Source: an uncultured Acidimicrobiia bacterium (GTDB lineage Bacteria > Acidobacteriota > Terriglobia > Versatilivoradales > Versatilivoraceae). From it: a stretch of DNA of 64,000 nucleotides. The position numbers were made by a program, and so were the translations under genes. The DNA lies in the NCBI GenBank assembly GCA_963786955.1, contig CAWBAT010000005.1:672001-736000 (forward strand), given 5' to 3'. Below the pieces are notes generated by a model that had not been told where the DNA came from, searched no databases, and was given only the letters and a program-made list of their open reading frames with translations. How positions within the stretch are numbered: position 1 is the stretch's first letter; each line of letters begins with the position of its first letter. Positions 10,879 to 21,549 of the stretch are shown here, piece after piece.

Positions 10879-12480
10879 CTACTTCGAACCGCCGCCTTCC
10901 TTCAGCTGCTGAAATACTTCATCCATGTTGAAGCTGGCCGCCTTCTGCCGCTGCGGGTAGTCCTTGAATGTCATCAGAAACTGGCCCACATACGCCTGCG
11001 CAGGGACCAACAAGAAGGCGTGATCCAGCAGCCAGTCGTAGTAGGTGTTCGACGTGATGTCCGCCCGTTCATACGGATCCGTCCGGAGATTGAAGATCTT
11101 CGGGACCCGCAAGCTGGTGAACGGGTTCGCCCAGATCAACATCGTTCCAGGGGCCCGCTGCTCCATGAATGCAAGCTTCCAATTGTCGTAGCGCAACCCG
11201 GTCAATTGCTGGTCGTCGTTGATGTACAGGAACGATTCCCGCGGGCTCTTCGCGGCTTGCCCGGTCAGGTAAGGGACGAGGTTGTCGCCGTCAAGGTGAA
11301 CCTTGTACGTCCTGTCTCCAACCTTGTAGCCCTTGAGCAGCTCGTCCTTAATCTGCGTGTCGCCGGCCATGGCCACAAAGGTCGGCAGCCAATCGAGGTG
11401 GGCGACGATGTCGTTGGACACACTGCCTGGCTTGATCTTGCCCGGCCATCGGACCATGGCGGGCACCCGGTAGGCCCCTTCCCAGTTCGAGTTCTTCTCG
11501 CTGCGAAACGGCGTCATGGCTCCGTCTGGCCAGCTGTTCATGTGCGGACCGTTGTCGGTTGAGTACATGACGAACGTATTGTCCGCAATGCCCAGGTCAT
11601 CCAGCACCTTGAGGACCGTGCCGACATTCTTGTCGTGGTCGATCATGGTGTCGTGGTACGGGCTCTGCCAGCGCCCCGACTGGCCGATGCTCTCCGGCTT
11701 GGTGTGGGTGCGAAAGTGCATGTGGGAGAAGTTCACCCAAACAAAAGCCGGCTTGCCGGCCTTGTTCTGCCGCTGGATGAAGTCCACGGCCCGGTTGGCA
11801 ACGTCATCGTCAATCGTTTCCATCCGCTTCTTGGTCAAGGGACCAGTGTCAGTGCACACCTGCTTGCCGACCTTGCCGAAGCGCGGGTCGACGGTCGTGT
11901 CGTCCTTGTCCGAGGCCTTGCAGTCCAGCACGCCGCGCGGGCCAAACTTGGCATGGAATGCCGGGTCTTTCGGATAGTCCGGCAGTTCCGGCTCTTCCTC
12001 GGCGTTGAGGTGATACAGGTTGCCGTAGAACTCGTCAAAGCCGTGGACGGTAGGCAGATACTCGTTGCGGTCGCCCAGGTGATTCTTGCCGAACTGGCCA
12101 GTGGCATAGCCTTGTGCCTTCAACAGCTCGGCAATCGTCGGGTCTTCCTTTTGCAACCCTACCGTAGCGCCCGGCAGGCCGACCTTCGTCAGACCAGTGC
12201 GCAAGCCGGACTGGCCGGTGATGAACGAAGCGCGACCGGCGGTGCAACTCTGCTCGGCATAGTAGTCGGTGAAGATCATGCCTTCTTTCGCAACACGGTC
12301 AATGTTAGGTGTGTGAAAGCCCATCAGTCCCATCGAGTAGGCACTGATATCAGATTGGCCGATGTCATCACCCCAGATGATGAGGATGTTGGGTTTTTTG
12401 TCAGCGGCCTGCGCCGAAGCGAGGACGCCCCATGTCAGCCCGAAGGCCAGTAAGAGGTTCTTGAAGATAGTTTGTTTCAT
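10879..12480 (-). CDS. Secreted arylsulfatase
   Basis: KPNILIIWGDDIG, SCTAGRASFITG, GKNHLGD; likely start MKQTIF at 12480. Confidence 0.95.
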   Translation of the reverse strand: MKQTIFKNLLLAFGLTWGVLASAQAADKKPNILIIWGDDIGQSDISAYSMGLMGFHTPNIDRVAKEGMIFTDYYAEQSCTAGRASFITGQSGLRTGLTKVGLPGATVGLQKEDPTIAELLKAQGYATGQFGKNHLGDRNEYLPTVHGFDEFYGNLYHLNAEEEPELPDYPKDPAFHAKFGPRGVLDCKASDKDDTTVDPRFGKVGKQVCTDTGPLTKKRMETIDDDVANRAVDFIQRQNKAGKPAFVWVNFSHMHFRTHTKPESIGQSGRWQSPYHDTMIDHDKNVGTVLKVLDDLGIADNTFVMYSTDNGPHMNSWPDGAMTPFRSEKNSNWEGAYRVPAMVRWPGKIKPGSVSNDIVAHLDWLPTFVAMAGDTQIKDELLKGYKVGDRTYKVHLDGDNLVPYLTGQAAKSPRESFLYINDDQQLTGLRYDNWKLAFMEQRAPGTMLIWANPFTSLRVPKIFNLRTDPYERADITSNTYYDWLLDHAFLLVPAQAYVGQFLMTFKDYPQRQKAASFNMDEVFQQLKEGGGSK

Positions 12481-12513
12481 GGATGTTTCCTTTCGTTTTG
12501 GATTGGCCTTCAA

Positions 12514-12951
12514 CCGGAATTTCCATTTTGAGTTTTCTGACGGGAACTAGTGGACGATATCAGAAGGAATGGAACAACTGTGAGTACACTGAAGCACATA
12601 CTCAGCGTGGGGAAGACAAATTTAATCATAGCAGATCAACCCTTAGAATCACTTACATCTATCAATCCACGGTGCGAAGGGCTAGCTGAGGTAGACTTTC
12701 GTTTCAGGTCGAAGCCCAAACTTTCGTCCAACTCGCGCACGAGAACCAAGCCACCGTCGGAGGTGATTTGTGATCCCTGAATACCGATCTTCAGGAAAGC
12801 TATTGAAGGAGAGCTGAAAGGGTTGGTTTTGTTTCTCAGCCATTAGTTGTGGGCCTCCAGAGCGTGTTCTTTGCGTCGCAATCCGCAAAAATTAAAGACG
12901 TTCGAAGGCCCCATAAGGTTGTCAATAGCTACTTCACAATGAAAATCTGGG
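12514..12951 (-). mobile_element. Internally deleted IS1380-family element (MITE-like remnant)
   Basis: Frameshifted MAEKQNQPFQLSFNS..GSQITSDGGLVLVRELDESLG, resembling an IS1380 transposase N-terminus; imperfect terminal IRs ccggaatttccattttg (12514) / cccagattttcattgtg (rc of 12935-12951), 12/17 match. Confidence 0.7.
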
Positions 12952-12994
12952 CTTATGCATCACCGCTGAGGCAGGCAGTTGCGGGAAAAACGCC

Positions 12995-14731
12995 TCACCC
13001 CTGCGTGGTTTTTGGAACACGCTTCCGGTCTCCCATTCTCGACTGAACTTCTCTATGGAAGAGGGCCCGAAACAAGTCAAATTGAGCTCTGTAGAGCTTC
13101 CACTTCTTCCGCTGAAAGAAAGCCAGGCTGGAGCATACCAGCGCCCTGGCTAATCGGAATGAGATCTCTCCATTGACATTCAGCAACCAGGGATCCTCCC
13201 ACTTCAGAGGTCCCACCCCCTTCTTACCCAGAGGGGTGAGTAATACAACCTTCCGGATGGTCTTTTCCGGAAGAAATCGATAATTGTGGTTCCACCCTTG
13301 CCCACTCAGCCCCAAGGGCCCGGCACCCCATGGCAACGACGTTGCGAAGGCAACACCCGGGTAAATATTGATGCCGACAACTCCATGTCGGAGTTCTGTG
13401 GCAAATCGTTTCACTTCCGGATTAGAGGGATCAGAGGTGAAGACGGAGATGCCTAAATCACCGGCCAATGCAGAGGAATTGGCAAACTCTAAGGCCTTCT
13501 CGAGGAAGGAATCATCAGGCAGAGTCAACAGAGCTGCCACCGGACCGAAGGCCTCTTCGCGAAGAAAAAGAGCATCCCTGTCAATACCTGCAATCAGTGT
13601 CACTGGGAATCCTCTGTCTTTAGCTTTCGGGTGAATTGGGATGACCTCGGCTCCTGCCAGATGCAGTTCTTCAAGCTTCGCCTGCAGACGATCGGCTGAC
13701 GGATGATCAATAAGTAAACGGTCTCCGTGATGTTCTCCTTCCCGGCGGGCGGCCAAAGAAATCTCTTCACAAAGCACTGCCTTAAAAGATTGGCAGTAAG
13801 AGTCGGGTATGACGATGAGCTGAAAACTGACACAATGTTGACCGTTGTTTGCCAGCATTCCATAAGCTGCTTGGCGTGCCACCTGCCGCATTCCCTCCCG
13901 CTGCGAAAAGACGTCTGGAAGAACGAGAGCTGCGGTAACGCCTCCCAATTCCGATGTGACCCTTTTGGAGCCAGCAGCTCGCGTGATAGCACTTCCAGTC
14001 TGAACGCTCCCCGTGACGTGGATATGATCAAACTCAGGCTGTTCCACGAGCCAGGCGCCCACCTCGGGTCCGCCATATACAAAACTCAAGGCATTCGAGT
14101 CAACAAATGGGGCAAAAATTTTCTCCAGGTAAGGCCCACTAAAGCCAACCTTCTCAGAAACCTTGGCAATAACTCGAAGTCCCCTATAGCAGAGCAAGTG
14201 GACTATATCCAGCGCCCCGATGCTGACCAGATTAAAAGGAAGGAGGCAGAGTGCAATACCCTTACTTGGCTTTGCTTCATCTGTCGGAGCCTCTTTAGGC
14301 TGCAACGTGAGGTGATCCTCGGGTCGATTAAACACGACATATCCGGTGACACCCGGAAGCAGCATCTTCTCCAGTCGATTTGCGGGAAGAATGCGAGAAG
14401 CAGGAAAGCCGCCAAAGTCGGTCAGCGAGGGAGAGACCGCCTGCTTCAAATATTGTTCCAAGGTTTGAGCTGGATTGGCACTCTTCAGAGATTCAGAAAT
14501 GGAGAGAATTCCCCAGACAGACGGAAACACAGTCTCAAAATAGACCTCCGCAGGAGTGATCCCCATTCGTTCGGCCGTCTCATATGCTAAAGGGTCACCG
14601 TAAAAAAGGAATAGTTCGGCGACTCTCTCAAGCAAAGAGGAAATCTCACCAACGGACTTGAGACGCCAGGCAGATGAAGCTTCCGCGTCTACTAGAATTT
14701 TGAGGGTGTTATTCAGAGAAGAATGGCTCAT
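12995..14731 (-). CDS. Aldehyde dehydrogenase family protein
   Basis: PFN, HVTGS, SELGG, NNGQHC (catalytic Cys), EEAFGP motifs. Confidence 0.85.
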   Translation of the reverse strand: MSHSSLNNTLKILVDAEASSAWRLKSVGEISSLLERVAELFLFYGDPLAYETAERMGITPAEVYFETVFPSVWGILSISESLKSANPAQTLEQYLKQAVSPSLTDFGGFPASRILPANRLEKMLLPGVTGYVVFNRPEDHLTLQPKEAPTDEAKPSKGIALCLLPFNLVSIGALDIVHLLCYRGLRVIAKVSEKVGFSGPYLEKIFAPFVDSNALSFVYGGPEVGAWLVEQPEFDHIHVTGSVQTGSAITRAAGSKRVTSELGGVTAALVLPDVFSQREGMRQVARQAAYGMLANNGQHCVSFQLIVIPDSYCQSFKAVLCEEISLAARREGEHHGDRLLIDHPSADRLQAKLEELHLAGAEVIPIHPKAKDRGFPVTLIAGIDRDALFLREEAFGPVAALLTLPDDSFLEKALEFANSSALAGDLGISVFTSDPSNPEVKRFATELRHGVVGINIYPGVAFATSLPWGAGPLGLSGQGWNHNYRFLPEKTIRKVVLLTPLGKKGVGPLKWEDPWLLNVNGEISFRLARALVCSSLAFFQRKKWKLYRAQFDLFRALFHREVQSRMGDRKRVPKTTQG

Positions 14732-14736
14732 TGGGT

Positions 14737-14833
14737 TGGCGGAGGCGAATGGGAATCGAACCCACCTATCGCAACAAAGTTACGACACGCTGGTTTTGAA
14801 GACCAGGAGAGTCACCAGGCCCTCTGCACCTCC
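14737..14833 (-). tRNA. selC: tRNA-Sec (anticodon UCA)
   Basis: Reverse complement GGAGGTG..CTGGTCTTCAAAACCAG..long variable arm..GTGGGTTCGATTCCCAT..CGCCTCCGCCA; 97 nt with encoded CCA. Confidence 0.95.
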
Positions 14834-14951
14834 GGGTTGACTATAGCATATCGAAAGGCAACGCCGGGATCATCTTGTGGTCTTCACTTAGAGGTTGTTT
14901 TTGTCCTGAATCCTGCCTACCCTAAGAATGTTTACTCTGGGGAGGAGGATT

Positions 14952-15563
14952 ATGGTAGAGGAGCTTGTATTAGCGTTCCCGCGTAAAATATTGGATGAGA
15001 TCGGGGATTTCCAGGGGATTGAATTCAATGTCGCACGCTACATTCCCGCCATCCTTGACAAGACTAACTGCCGTTTCCTACCTCGCGCCGCGGCGGAAAG
15101 TGACCCGAGCTACAAACAAATTATTTCCTACGTGTTGATTCGAAAGGGAAATGCCTGGTTGCATTATGTAAGGGGTAAAGCTTCAGGGGAAAAGCGCTTG
15201 GTCGCTAAGAGCTCGATCGGGATTGGAGGCCATATCAATCCACATGACCAGAGCCTCTTTGATAGCGGGTTGGATTTTTATGAAACAGCCGTCCAGCGGG
15301 AACTCCGGGAAGAACTGCGAATGGATGGAGTTTTTAAAACCCAGGTCGTTGCCCTGCTCAATGACGATTCCAGTGCGGTGGGGCAGGTTCATTTGGGGAT
15401 AGTCCATCTTTGCACATTAACCGATGAAATCGTGTCAAAAGGCGAAGCCAGCCTCACGGGATTAGCATTTTTGACTCAGGAAGAGTTATTGAAACGTAAG
15501 GAACAAATGGAGACGTGGTCTCAGTTTTGCTTGGATCACCTGGAGAAAATTGGGGGAGCCTGA
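14952..15563 (+). CDS. NUDIX-family phosphoesterase
   Basis: AESDPSYKQII, SIGIGGHIN, AVQRELREE, VGQVHLG; RBS GGAGG upstream. Confidence 0.8.
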   Translation: MVEELVLAFPRKILDEIGDFQGIEFNVARYIPAILDKTNCRFLPRAAAESDPSYKQIISYVLIRKGNAWLHYVRGKASGEKRLVAKSSIGIGGHINPHDQSLFDSGLDFYETAVQRELREELRMDGVFKTQVVALLNDDSSAVGQVHLGIVHLCTLTDEIVSKGEASLTGLAFLTQEELLKRKEQMETWSQFCLDHLEKIGGA

Positions 15564-15567
15564 GTAA

Positions 15568-15710
15568 GTCGCGCTCGGCGAGCGCGCCCTACCAATAGCG
15601 TCAACCAATAGCAGTTGAGGCATGGGCACGATCAAGGTAGGGCGGTCTCGCTGAGACCGCCATTTCAATTTATAGATTCCTTCGGCGCGCTCGGCGAGCG
15701 CGCCCTACCA
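15568..15710. repeat. Cluster of three GTAG-type REP-like palindromes
   Basis: cgcgctcggcgagcgcgccctacc twice, plus an inverted ggtagggcggtctcgctgagaccgcc between them. Confidence 0.65.
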
Positions 15711-15745
15711 AAGGGCCGTCACCTCTTTTCACAAAGGAAAACACC

Positions 15746-16519
15746 ATGCACTTTGAAAACATCATCATCCGCCGCGAAAGTGCTGTCGCCATCCTCCAAC
15801 TGAACCGGCCCAAAGTCCTTAATGCCCTGAATGCCTTGATGATGGCTGAACTGTGCGAAGCTTTAGAAAGCCTCGACCGGGATGAGACCGTTCGCTGCCT
15901 GATTCTCACCGGCGATGAGAAGTCCTTTGCTGCAGGAGCCGATATCCGGGAATTAGTGGGTGCCGGCTCAATCGAGATCATGCAAAAAAACACGGTCGCC
16001 CTATGGACAAGGGTTCAAGCCATTGGCAAACCCCTCATTGCCGCTGTTAGCGGGTATGCGTTGGGGGGGGGATGCGAATTGGCGCTTGCTTGTGACATGA
16101 TCGTTGCTTCGGAAGACGCTCGATTTGGGCAGCCGGAAATTAACATCGGGGTTATTCCTGGGGCAGGCGGAACCCAGAGGTTAGCGAGAATTCTGGGGAA
16201 ACATAAGGCCATGGAATTGGTCCTGACGGGACGGACCCTCACAGCTCGAGAGGCCCTACAAATGGGGTTGGTAAACAGAGTAGTTTCCGATGGATCCTGC
16301 CTGGAAGAGGCCAGGAAACTGGCGATCGAGATCAGTGAAAAGTCACCATTAGCCGTCAAGCTGGCCAAGGAAGCGATTCTCAAAGCTCAAGAATGCAGCT
16401 TGAGAGAAGGTATCGAATTTGAACGAAAATGTTTTTTCCTTTTGTTCAGCTCGGAGGATCAGAAGGAGGGAATGAATGCTTTTTTGGAAAAAAGAAAGCC
16501 AGATTTCAAGGGAAGATGA
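15746..16519 (+). CDS. Enoyl-CoA hydratase (PaaF-like)
   Basis: FAAGADI, GGGCELAL, GQPEINIGVIPGAGGTQRL. Confidence 0.92.
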   Translation: MHFENIIIRRESAVAILQLNRPKVLNALNALMMAELCEALESLDRDETVRCLILTGDEKSFAAGADIRELVGAGSIEIMQKNTVALWTRVQAIGKPLIAAVSGYALGGGCELALACDMIVASEDARFGQPEINIGVIPGAGGTQRLARILGKHKAMELVLTGRTLTAREALQMGLVNRVVSDGSCLEEARKLAIEISEKSPLAVKLAKEAILKAQECSLREGIEFERKCFFLLFSSEDQKEGMNAFLEKRKPDFKGR

Positions 16520-17518
16520 ATGGATTGCCAAATGCCAAATGCCGATTGTCGATTGTCAATCACCCATCTGACTGCTTATTCCAAATGCCTCTTGATTGTG
16601 ATGCTTTGTTCCTTCATTTCCGGGTGTGGTCATCCCGAGAAGCAAGCCCCTGCCGAGACAATTGCAAAGATCCGTTTTTCTGCATTTCAAGACGGCGAGA
16701 TCTGGATTCGCCATTCCGTTATTCAGCTTCGCTTCGATCCAGACATGTATTGCAAAATCTTCCTGAATGAAAAAGGTGGATTACAATCCTTCGTGGACAT
16801 TCCCCCCGACAAGGAGAAGGCTAGGCCGGCACAATTCGTCTCGGTCAATGGAAAAGAATTAAGAGATTTTCATATTGACTATGCCAATATTGGAGTCTCG
16901 GACATTGGAACTCAGTATGGGATTGGGAGGCGTTTGCACTTGACTGGGCTTGCAAGAACGACGGACGGGATCATTATCAGAAAGGAGTTGAAGATTGACC
17001 TCTACAATGACTTCCCCGAATTGGCTTTCGTATCCTGCCTGTTTCGCAATATCGACAAATCAAGGCCTGTTCAGCTCACCACAATTGTTGACAATTTTTT
17101 CCGTCTCAACGCAAATCGCGTCAATTCTAGCCTCCGACCTTATGATTTCATTTTTTTTCATGGAGGAATGGAAAGGCAAAGCAGCGGCTCAAAACTGATT
17201 GAAAATTTTACGCAAACCGTCCTCTATGAATTCAAACGGGAGCCCCATGCAGACTCCTTCCCGTTTTTCGATTTCTGGAATGAGCAAATGGGGATGGCGG
17301 TTGGGTCTCTCACGGCGGAACTGACTGGGGGTGAGCTTCGAGTCATGATCGATTCAGATAAACGTGTCGAAGCAGGCGTTTACTACGAAACAGCCCGAAC
17401 TCTCGGCCCGGAAGAAGGCATTTCGACTCCGAAGTGCATTTGGATGGTTCATCGTGGAGACTTCTTATCTCCTTTCAAGAGATACCAAGAACTGGCACTT
17501 CGAGCTGAGCGAAAATAA
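16520..17518 (+). CDS. Hypothetical lipoprotein, possibly resembling an alpha-galactosidase N-terminal domain; true start probably ~16598
   Basis: LLIVMLCSFISGC lipobox-like; the first codons are heptameric repeat DNA. Confidence 0.5.
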   Translation: MDCQMPNADCRLSITHLTAYSKCLLIVMLCSFISGCGHPEKQAPAETIAKIRFSAFQDGEIWIRHSVIQLRFDPDMYCKIFLNEKGGLQSFVDIPPDKEKARPAQFVSVNGKELRDFHIDYANIGVSDIGTQYGIGRRLHLTGLARTTDGIIIRKELKIDLYNDFPELAFVSCLFRNIDKSRPVQLTTIVDNFFRLNANRVNSSLRPYDFIFFHGGMERQSSGSKLIENFTQTVLYEFKREPHADSFPFFDFWNEQMGMAVGSLTAELTGGELRVMIDSDKRVEAGVYYETARTLGPEEGISTPKCIWMVHRGDFLSPFKRYQELALRAERK

Positions 17519-17868
17519 CAATATTTTCTTCCTCAGCCTTTATGGAATGCCATTACTGGGTTCGTCCTGAAATGGTAAGGGATCCAGCCAGTTCCATCTT
17601 AAGCGATCTCGCAACCCCCCCCAGAATCTACAGCTCCCTCAGCAAACAAGATCCTCCTTACAAACCTGAAAGGGCTCAGGATGACTGGTTCGAAGGCCCG
17701 GTCGTATCTTTTTAACCTTCGATAAAGAAACCGCATAGATTGTGGCTCTCATTCACAGGGTGTAGAGCCTATTCCATAAGGGTGACCTAGGTTGCCAGGG
17801 AAATGGGCCAAGAGTGTCTGCAAGGCGTATTGGGGAATAGAATTGAGGGATATGGCTATGCTAATCGT

Positions 17869-18354
17869 CTAGTTTGAGGCGGATTTGCGTTTATATTGAC
17901 TCTTATTTCCCGGATCGACAGAAGCCTTGGGTCGGTCTTCATGAATATTTGATTCGGTCTGATTGCCTAGCTTTTCAGTGGCGTTCGGGTCTTGGATTAA
18001 ATTCAAATCTGCTAAGTCCGCCGATGTCAAATAGGGACTGATAGACAAAGACCCATGCTTTTCAGGCGATGTCTTCCTTCTTCTTCTTTCCTTAATCAGA
18101 TTTTTATCAATGAGTGCATCGATCACCTGGTGCTTGCTGGCATCGAGAACAATGCAGATATCTTTGATAGTGAGGTTCTGATTGGCGAAAAGATTACAGA
18201 TTGTCAACTTGCGCTTGGTGACCGGGTCCATATGCATGAGGTTATCAGGCAAATCAAACTTCTCATTGGTTTTCTTAAAACCTTCGATCGTATAATTGTC
18301 TAAGAAGGCAATCAGCACATGCATCCAAAGCCTTCTGAACGTCCTTGCGAACAT
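17869..18354 (-). CDS. Hypothetical protein with possible HTH
   Basis: 161-aa ORF with GGGAGAGG RBS; LTIKDICIVLDASKHQVIDAL is HTH-like. Confidence 0.5.
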   Translation of the reverse strand: MFARTFRRLWMHVLIAFLDNYTIEGFKKTNEKFDLPDNLMHMDPVTKRKLTICNLFANQNLTIKDICIVLDASKHQVIDALIDKNLIKERRRRKTSPEKHGSLSISPYLTSADLADLNLIQDPNATEKLGNQTESNIHEDRPKASVDPGNKSQYKRKSASN

Positions 18355-18980
18355 CTTACCTCTCCCGTCTTTCTATCTCAATGATTCTCACCCATTCGTA
18401 TGGAAAATTAATGGCAAGCGGAGCTATGTTATTAACTCAAATGAACGGACAACCTCTACGAATTATTCTAGCAACCCAATAACTAAATATTCTACATGGA
18501 AAACAATAACCCAGATTGGCATAGTGTAACACACTATGTGCTTCCTGTGAATTTTGAAAAATTTCGTATATCTAAGATTCTAAATCTATTATCAAATTCC
18601 AGCTCATCCGTTTGCCAAAGATTTCACTAAGAATGGAAAAACTTTCCTAGGTTTGACAGAGGGTAAATACCAACCCAGTAATGACATCAAAATGAAGAAC
18701 AAGGAAAATCAGAGGGGAGAAACTTCCGTATCGCGGTCTAGACCCAAGAACCACGAGGTTGAGAGAATATCCTGCAATATCAATCAATCAATGAGATTTT
18801 GGGAATCTGTCGACCTAATCGCAGGTTCGCTCCAATATTCTTCCTGGCAATATTCTGAAACGCATTATTAAAGCTTTCAAGGAGAAGATCGGTGCATCCT
18901 TCTTCGACGCATCAATTTCCTTTTCAATTGCCTCTTTGTTCTCCCTTTGTATAATGGCTCTTGAAACTGGAGAGAAGTCT

Positions 18981-20033
18981 ATGGCAAAGCGCGCTTTGAT
19001 CACGGGGGTTACGGGCCAAGATGGGTCTTATCTGACAGAATTCCTATTGTCCAAAGGTTACGAGGTTCACGGAATAAAGCGCCGCTCGAGCAGTTTCAAC
19101 ACGGAGCGGATTGATCATCTTTATCATGATTGGCACGAAGCCAACATTTGCCTCGTTCTTCACTATGGAGACTTAACGGATGGCTCTAGTTTGCGATCTG
19201 TAATTTCACAGGTTCAACCTGACGAAATTTACAACTTAGGGGCACAATCCCATGTTCGTATCAGTTTTGACCAGCCGGTATACACAGTCGAGACCGATGC
19301 CTTAGGGACGCTGATATTGCTGGAAGCAATCCGGGATGCCTGCCCGAAAGCACGCTATTACCAGGCTGGGAGCAGTGAAATGTTCGGGAACATCCAAGAA
19401 ATTCCACAAAGAGAAACGACTCCTTTTTATCCGCGAAGTCCCTATGGTTGTGCCAAGGTCTTCGCCCATTGGCAGACCGTGAATTATCGGGAAGCTTACG
19501 GCCTGTTTGCCTGTAACGGAATCTTGTTTAACCACGAATCCCCACGCCGTGGAGAGACGTTTGTGACCCGTAAAATCACTCGTGCTGCCACCCGAATCAA
19601 AGAGGGCTTGCAGGAGACCCTCTATCTGGGAAATCTCGAGGCCAAAAGAGACTGGGGTTTTGCGGGGGATTACGTCGAAGCCATGTGGCAGATGCTTCAA
19701 CAGGAGCAACCGGGTGATTTCGTGATTGCCACGGGAGAAACCCATACTGTCCGCGAGTTCGTCGAAGTTACTTTTTCGCTCCTTAGCTTAGATTGGGAAA
19801 ATCACGTTCGAATTGATCCTCTGTACTTTAGGCCAACTGAGGTAGACATCTTGCAAGGAGACAGCCGGAAAGCCCGTGAAAAATTCAACTGGCGCCCTCG
19901 GATCAACTTTCGCCAGTTGATAGAAATGATGGTCGAATCCGACTGGAAGCTGGCGAGAAAAGAAAAACTCATCCGAGAAAACAGGGGGGCCATTTCCGAG
20001 GGTACCATTAGCCCAGCAGCTGATTTGCAGTAA
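18981..20033 (+). CDS. gmd: GDP-mannose 4,6-dehydratase
   Basis: [40 protein letters not shown]. Confidence 0.97.
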   Translation: MAKRALITGVTGQDGSYLTEFLLSKGYEVHGIKRRSSSFNTERIDHLYHDWHEANICLVLHYGDLTDGSSLRSVISQVQPDEIYNLGAQSHVRISFDQPVYTVETDALGTLILLEAIRDACPKARYYQAGSSEMFGNIQEIPQRETTPFYPRSPYGCAKVFAHWQTVNYREAYGLFACNGILFNHESPRRGETFVTRKITRAATRIKEGLQETLYLGNLEAKRDWGFAGDYVEAMWQMLQQEQPGDFVIATGETHTVREFVEVTFSLLSLDWENHVRIDPLYFRPTEVDILQGDSRKAREKFNWRPRINFRQLIEMMVESDWKLARKEKLIRENRGAISEGTISPAADLQ

Positions 20034-20288
20034 TTACCGAATCCCTTCCGCACTATGACAAACTTCAAGTCGGAATGATTTGTTTAGAGGCAATCTGAAA
20101 TATTGCCCCATCTTAGTAACCCATCACGTGGGCCGGAGCATTGAGAAACCCCAAACCGACAATGAACTCATACCTGTTTGGAACCGGTCGAGTATTTTCA
20201 CAGGAACGGCCGACGCTTCGCCACCAAACTGCAGAACGCGTGTCTAGCTCAGTTCTATGGATGTTGGAAGGAGATAGAGGAATAAAGC

Positions 20289-20855
20289 ATGCCATTTAAG
20301 ATTGAGTCCCGTCACTTGGGCGAGATAGTGGTCATCGTTCCGGATGTATTCGAAGATCAGCGTGGTTTCTTCATGGAAACGTTTCGTGAGGATCATTTCG
20401 CCCAGTCAGGGTTGCCTACCCGTTTCTCCCAGGACAATCATTCACGGTCGACACATGGAGTCCTGCGCGGACTTCACTTCCAATGGGATCCCCCCATGGG
20501 GAAGTTGATGCGGGTTACCTATGGTGAGGCTTATCTGGTTGCAGTCGATATCCGGAAGGGTTCTCCTTCGCTCGGCCAATGGTTCGGCATTGAGGCCTCT
20601 GCTCAGAACCGACGGCAGGTCTGGGCCCCGCCAGGATTTGCGAGAGGTTTTTGCGTACTCTCTGATTCCGCCGAGATCCAATACAAATGTACTGGAATTT
20701 ACAACAGCAATGCGGAATCGGGAATTCGTTGGGATGATCCCGCGATTGCAATAAAATGGCCGGTCAAGGACCCTATCCTGTCAGGAAAAGATGCTGTCGC
20801 GAGGACCCTTTCAGAATGGCTGGCTTCAAAGGAATCGGATCATTTCCGCTTCTGA
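20289..20855 (+). CDS. rfbC: dTDP-4-dehydrorhamnose 3,5-epimerase
   Basis: DQRGFF, QDNHSRS..GVLRGLHFQ, VAVDIRKGSP. Confidence 0.95.
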   Translation: MPFKIESRHLGEIVVIVPDVFEDQRGFFMETFREDHFAQSGLPTRFSQDNHSRSTHGVLRGLHFQWDPPMGKLMRVTYGEAYLVAVDIRKGSPSLGQWFGIEASAQNRRQVWAPPGFARGFCVLSDSAEIQYKCTGIYNSNAESGIRWDDPAIAIKWPVKDPILSGKDAVARTLSEWLASKESDHFRF

Positions 20856-21062
20856 GTTCCAACCCTAAAATCCCTTGACGCTGGGTCGCGATTGGGATAG
20901 CTTTTACAAGGCTTGATTGCCGTAAGTTATTGTTTTTCAAGTCTAGTGAATTTTTGGACTAGCAGAAAATGGATTGTAACGTACACAGAATTAAAGGCCT
21001 AGCCCCAAGAGAAAATTGCAGGTTGGATTTAGCTTTGGGGAGCTTTGAAAACGGAGGATGTG

Positions 21063-21324
21063 TTGATGAAAGACTCCGAATTTGTCAAAGCTCTCAAGGA
21101 AATGAAACTTCGGTATCCTGAAGGAGAGATAACGAACTACAACCCGGAAAAGGGTTATGGGTTCATTACCAGTGAGAAAGGAGAAAAGATATTTTTCTTT
21201 CTTCCTGAAGTCGACACGATAGGATGTCGTGCCAGATGATATTCGCAAGGGGGTTCGAGTCGGATTTGACGTTTCCCTGACGTCCAAAGGCAGAAGAATC
21301 TCCAGAATTAAGGTACTTGACTAA
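21063..21324 (+). CDS. Cold-shock domain protein (frameshift ~21225)
   Basis: GEITNYNPEKGYGFI RNP1 motif; continues in another frame RKGVRVGFDV..RIKVLD*. Confidence 0.7.
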
Positions 21325-21426
21325 CAGGAGATTCTCAAGAATCTTATCCTTAAAGAGTATTATTGACCTTCAGGTAATTTCCTTGAAGAGTTGAAGTGTA
21401 TATCTAAAATACAGAAATTGTTTTGG

Positions 21427-21470
21427 AAACCACCATCTTTTCTCCATCAAGAATACGATGGTGGTTTTTT
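21427..21470 (+). terminator. Intrinsic terminator-like hairpin
   Basis: aaaccaccatc..gatggtggttt inverted repeat followed by a T-run. Confidence 0.5.
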
Positions 21471-21549
21471 ATTCCCAAGTTAAAAAAAGGAGATTGTTTC
21501 GCCCCCTTCGATAGAATTCTCTTGGGCCCCCGATGAAACACAAAGATCC

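Noticed and set aside
6302-12453. Long + strand ORFs (6302-7930, 7958-8710, 11635-12453 and others)
   Set aside because: Antisense shadows of GC-rich sulfatase genes, with no motifs of their own.
17760-17800. c-di-GMP-I riboswitch-like ending (AGCCTA..TAGGTTGCC)
   Set aside because: Lacks the GGCAAA/GAAA first stem and has no downstream gene on that strand.
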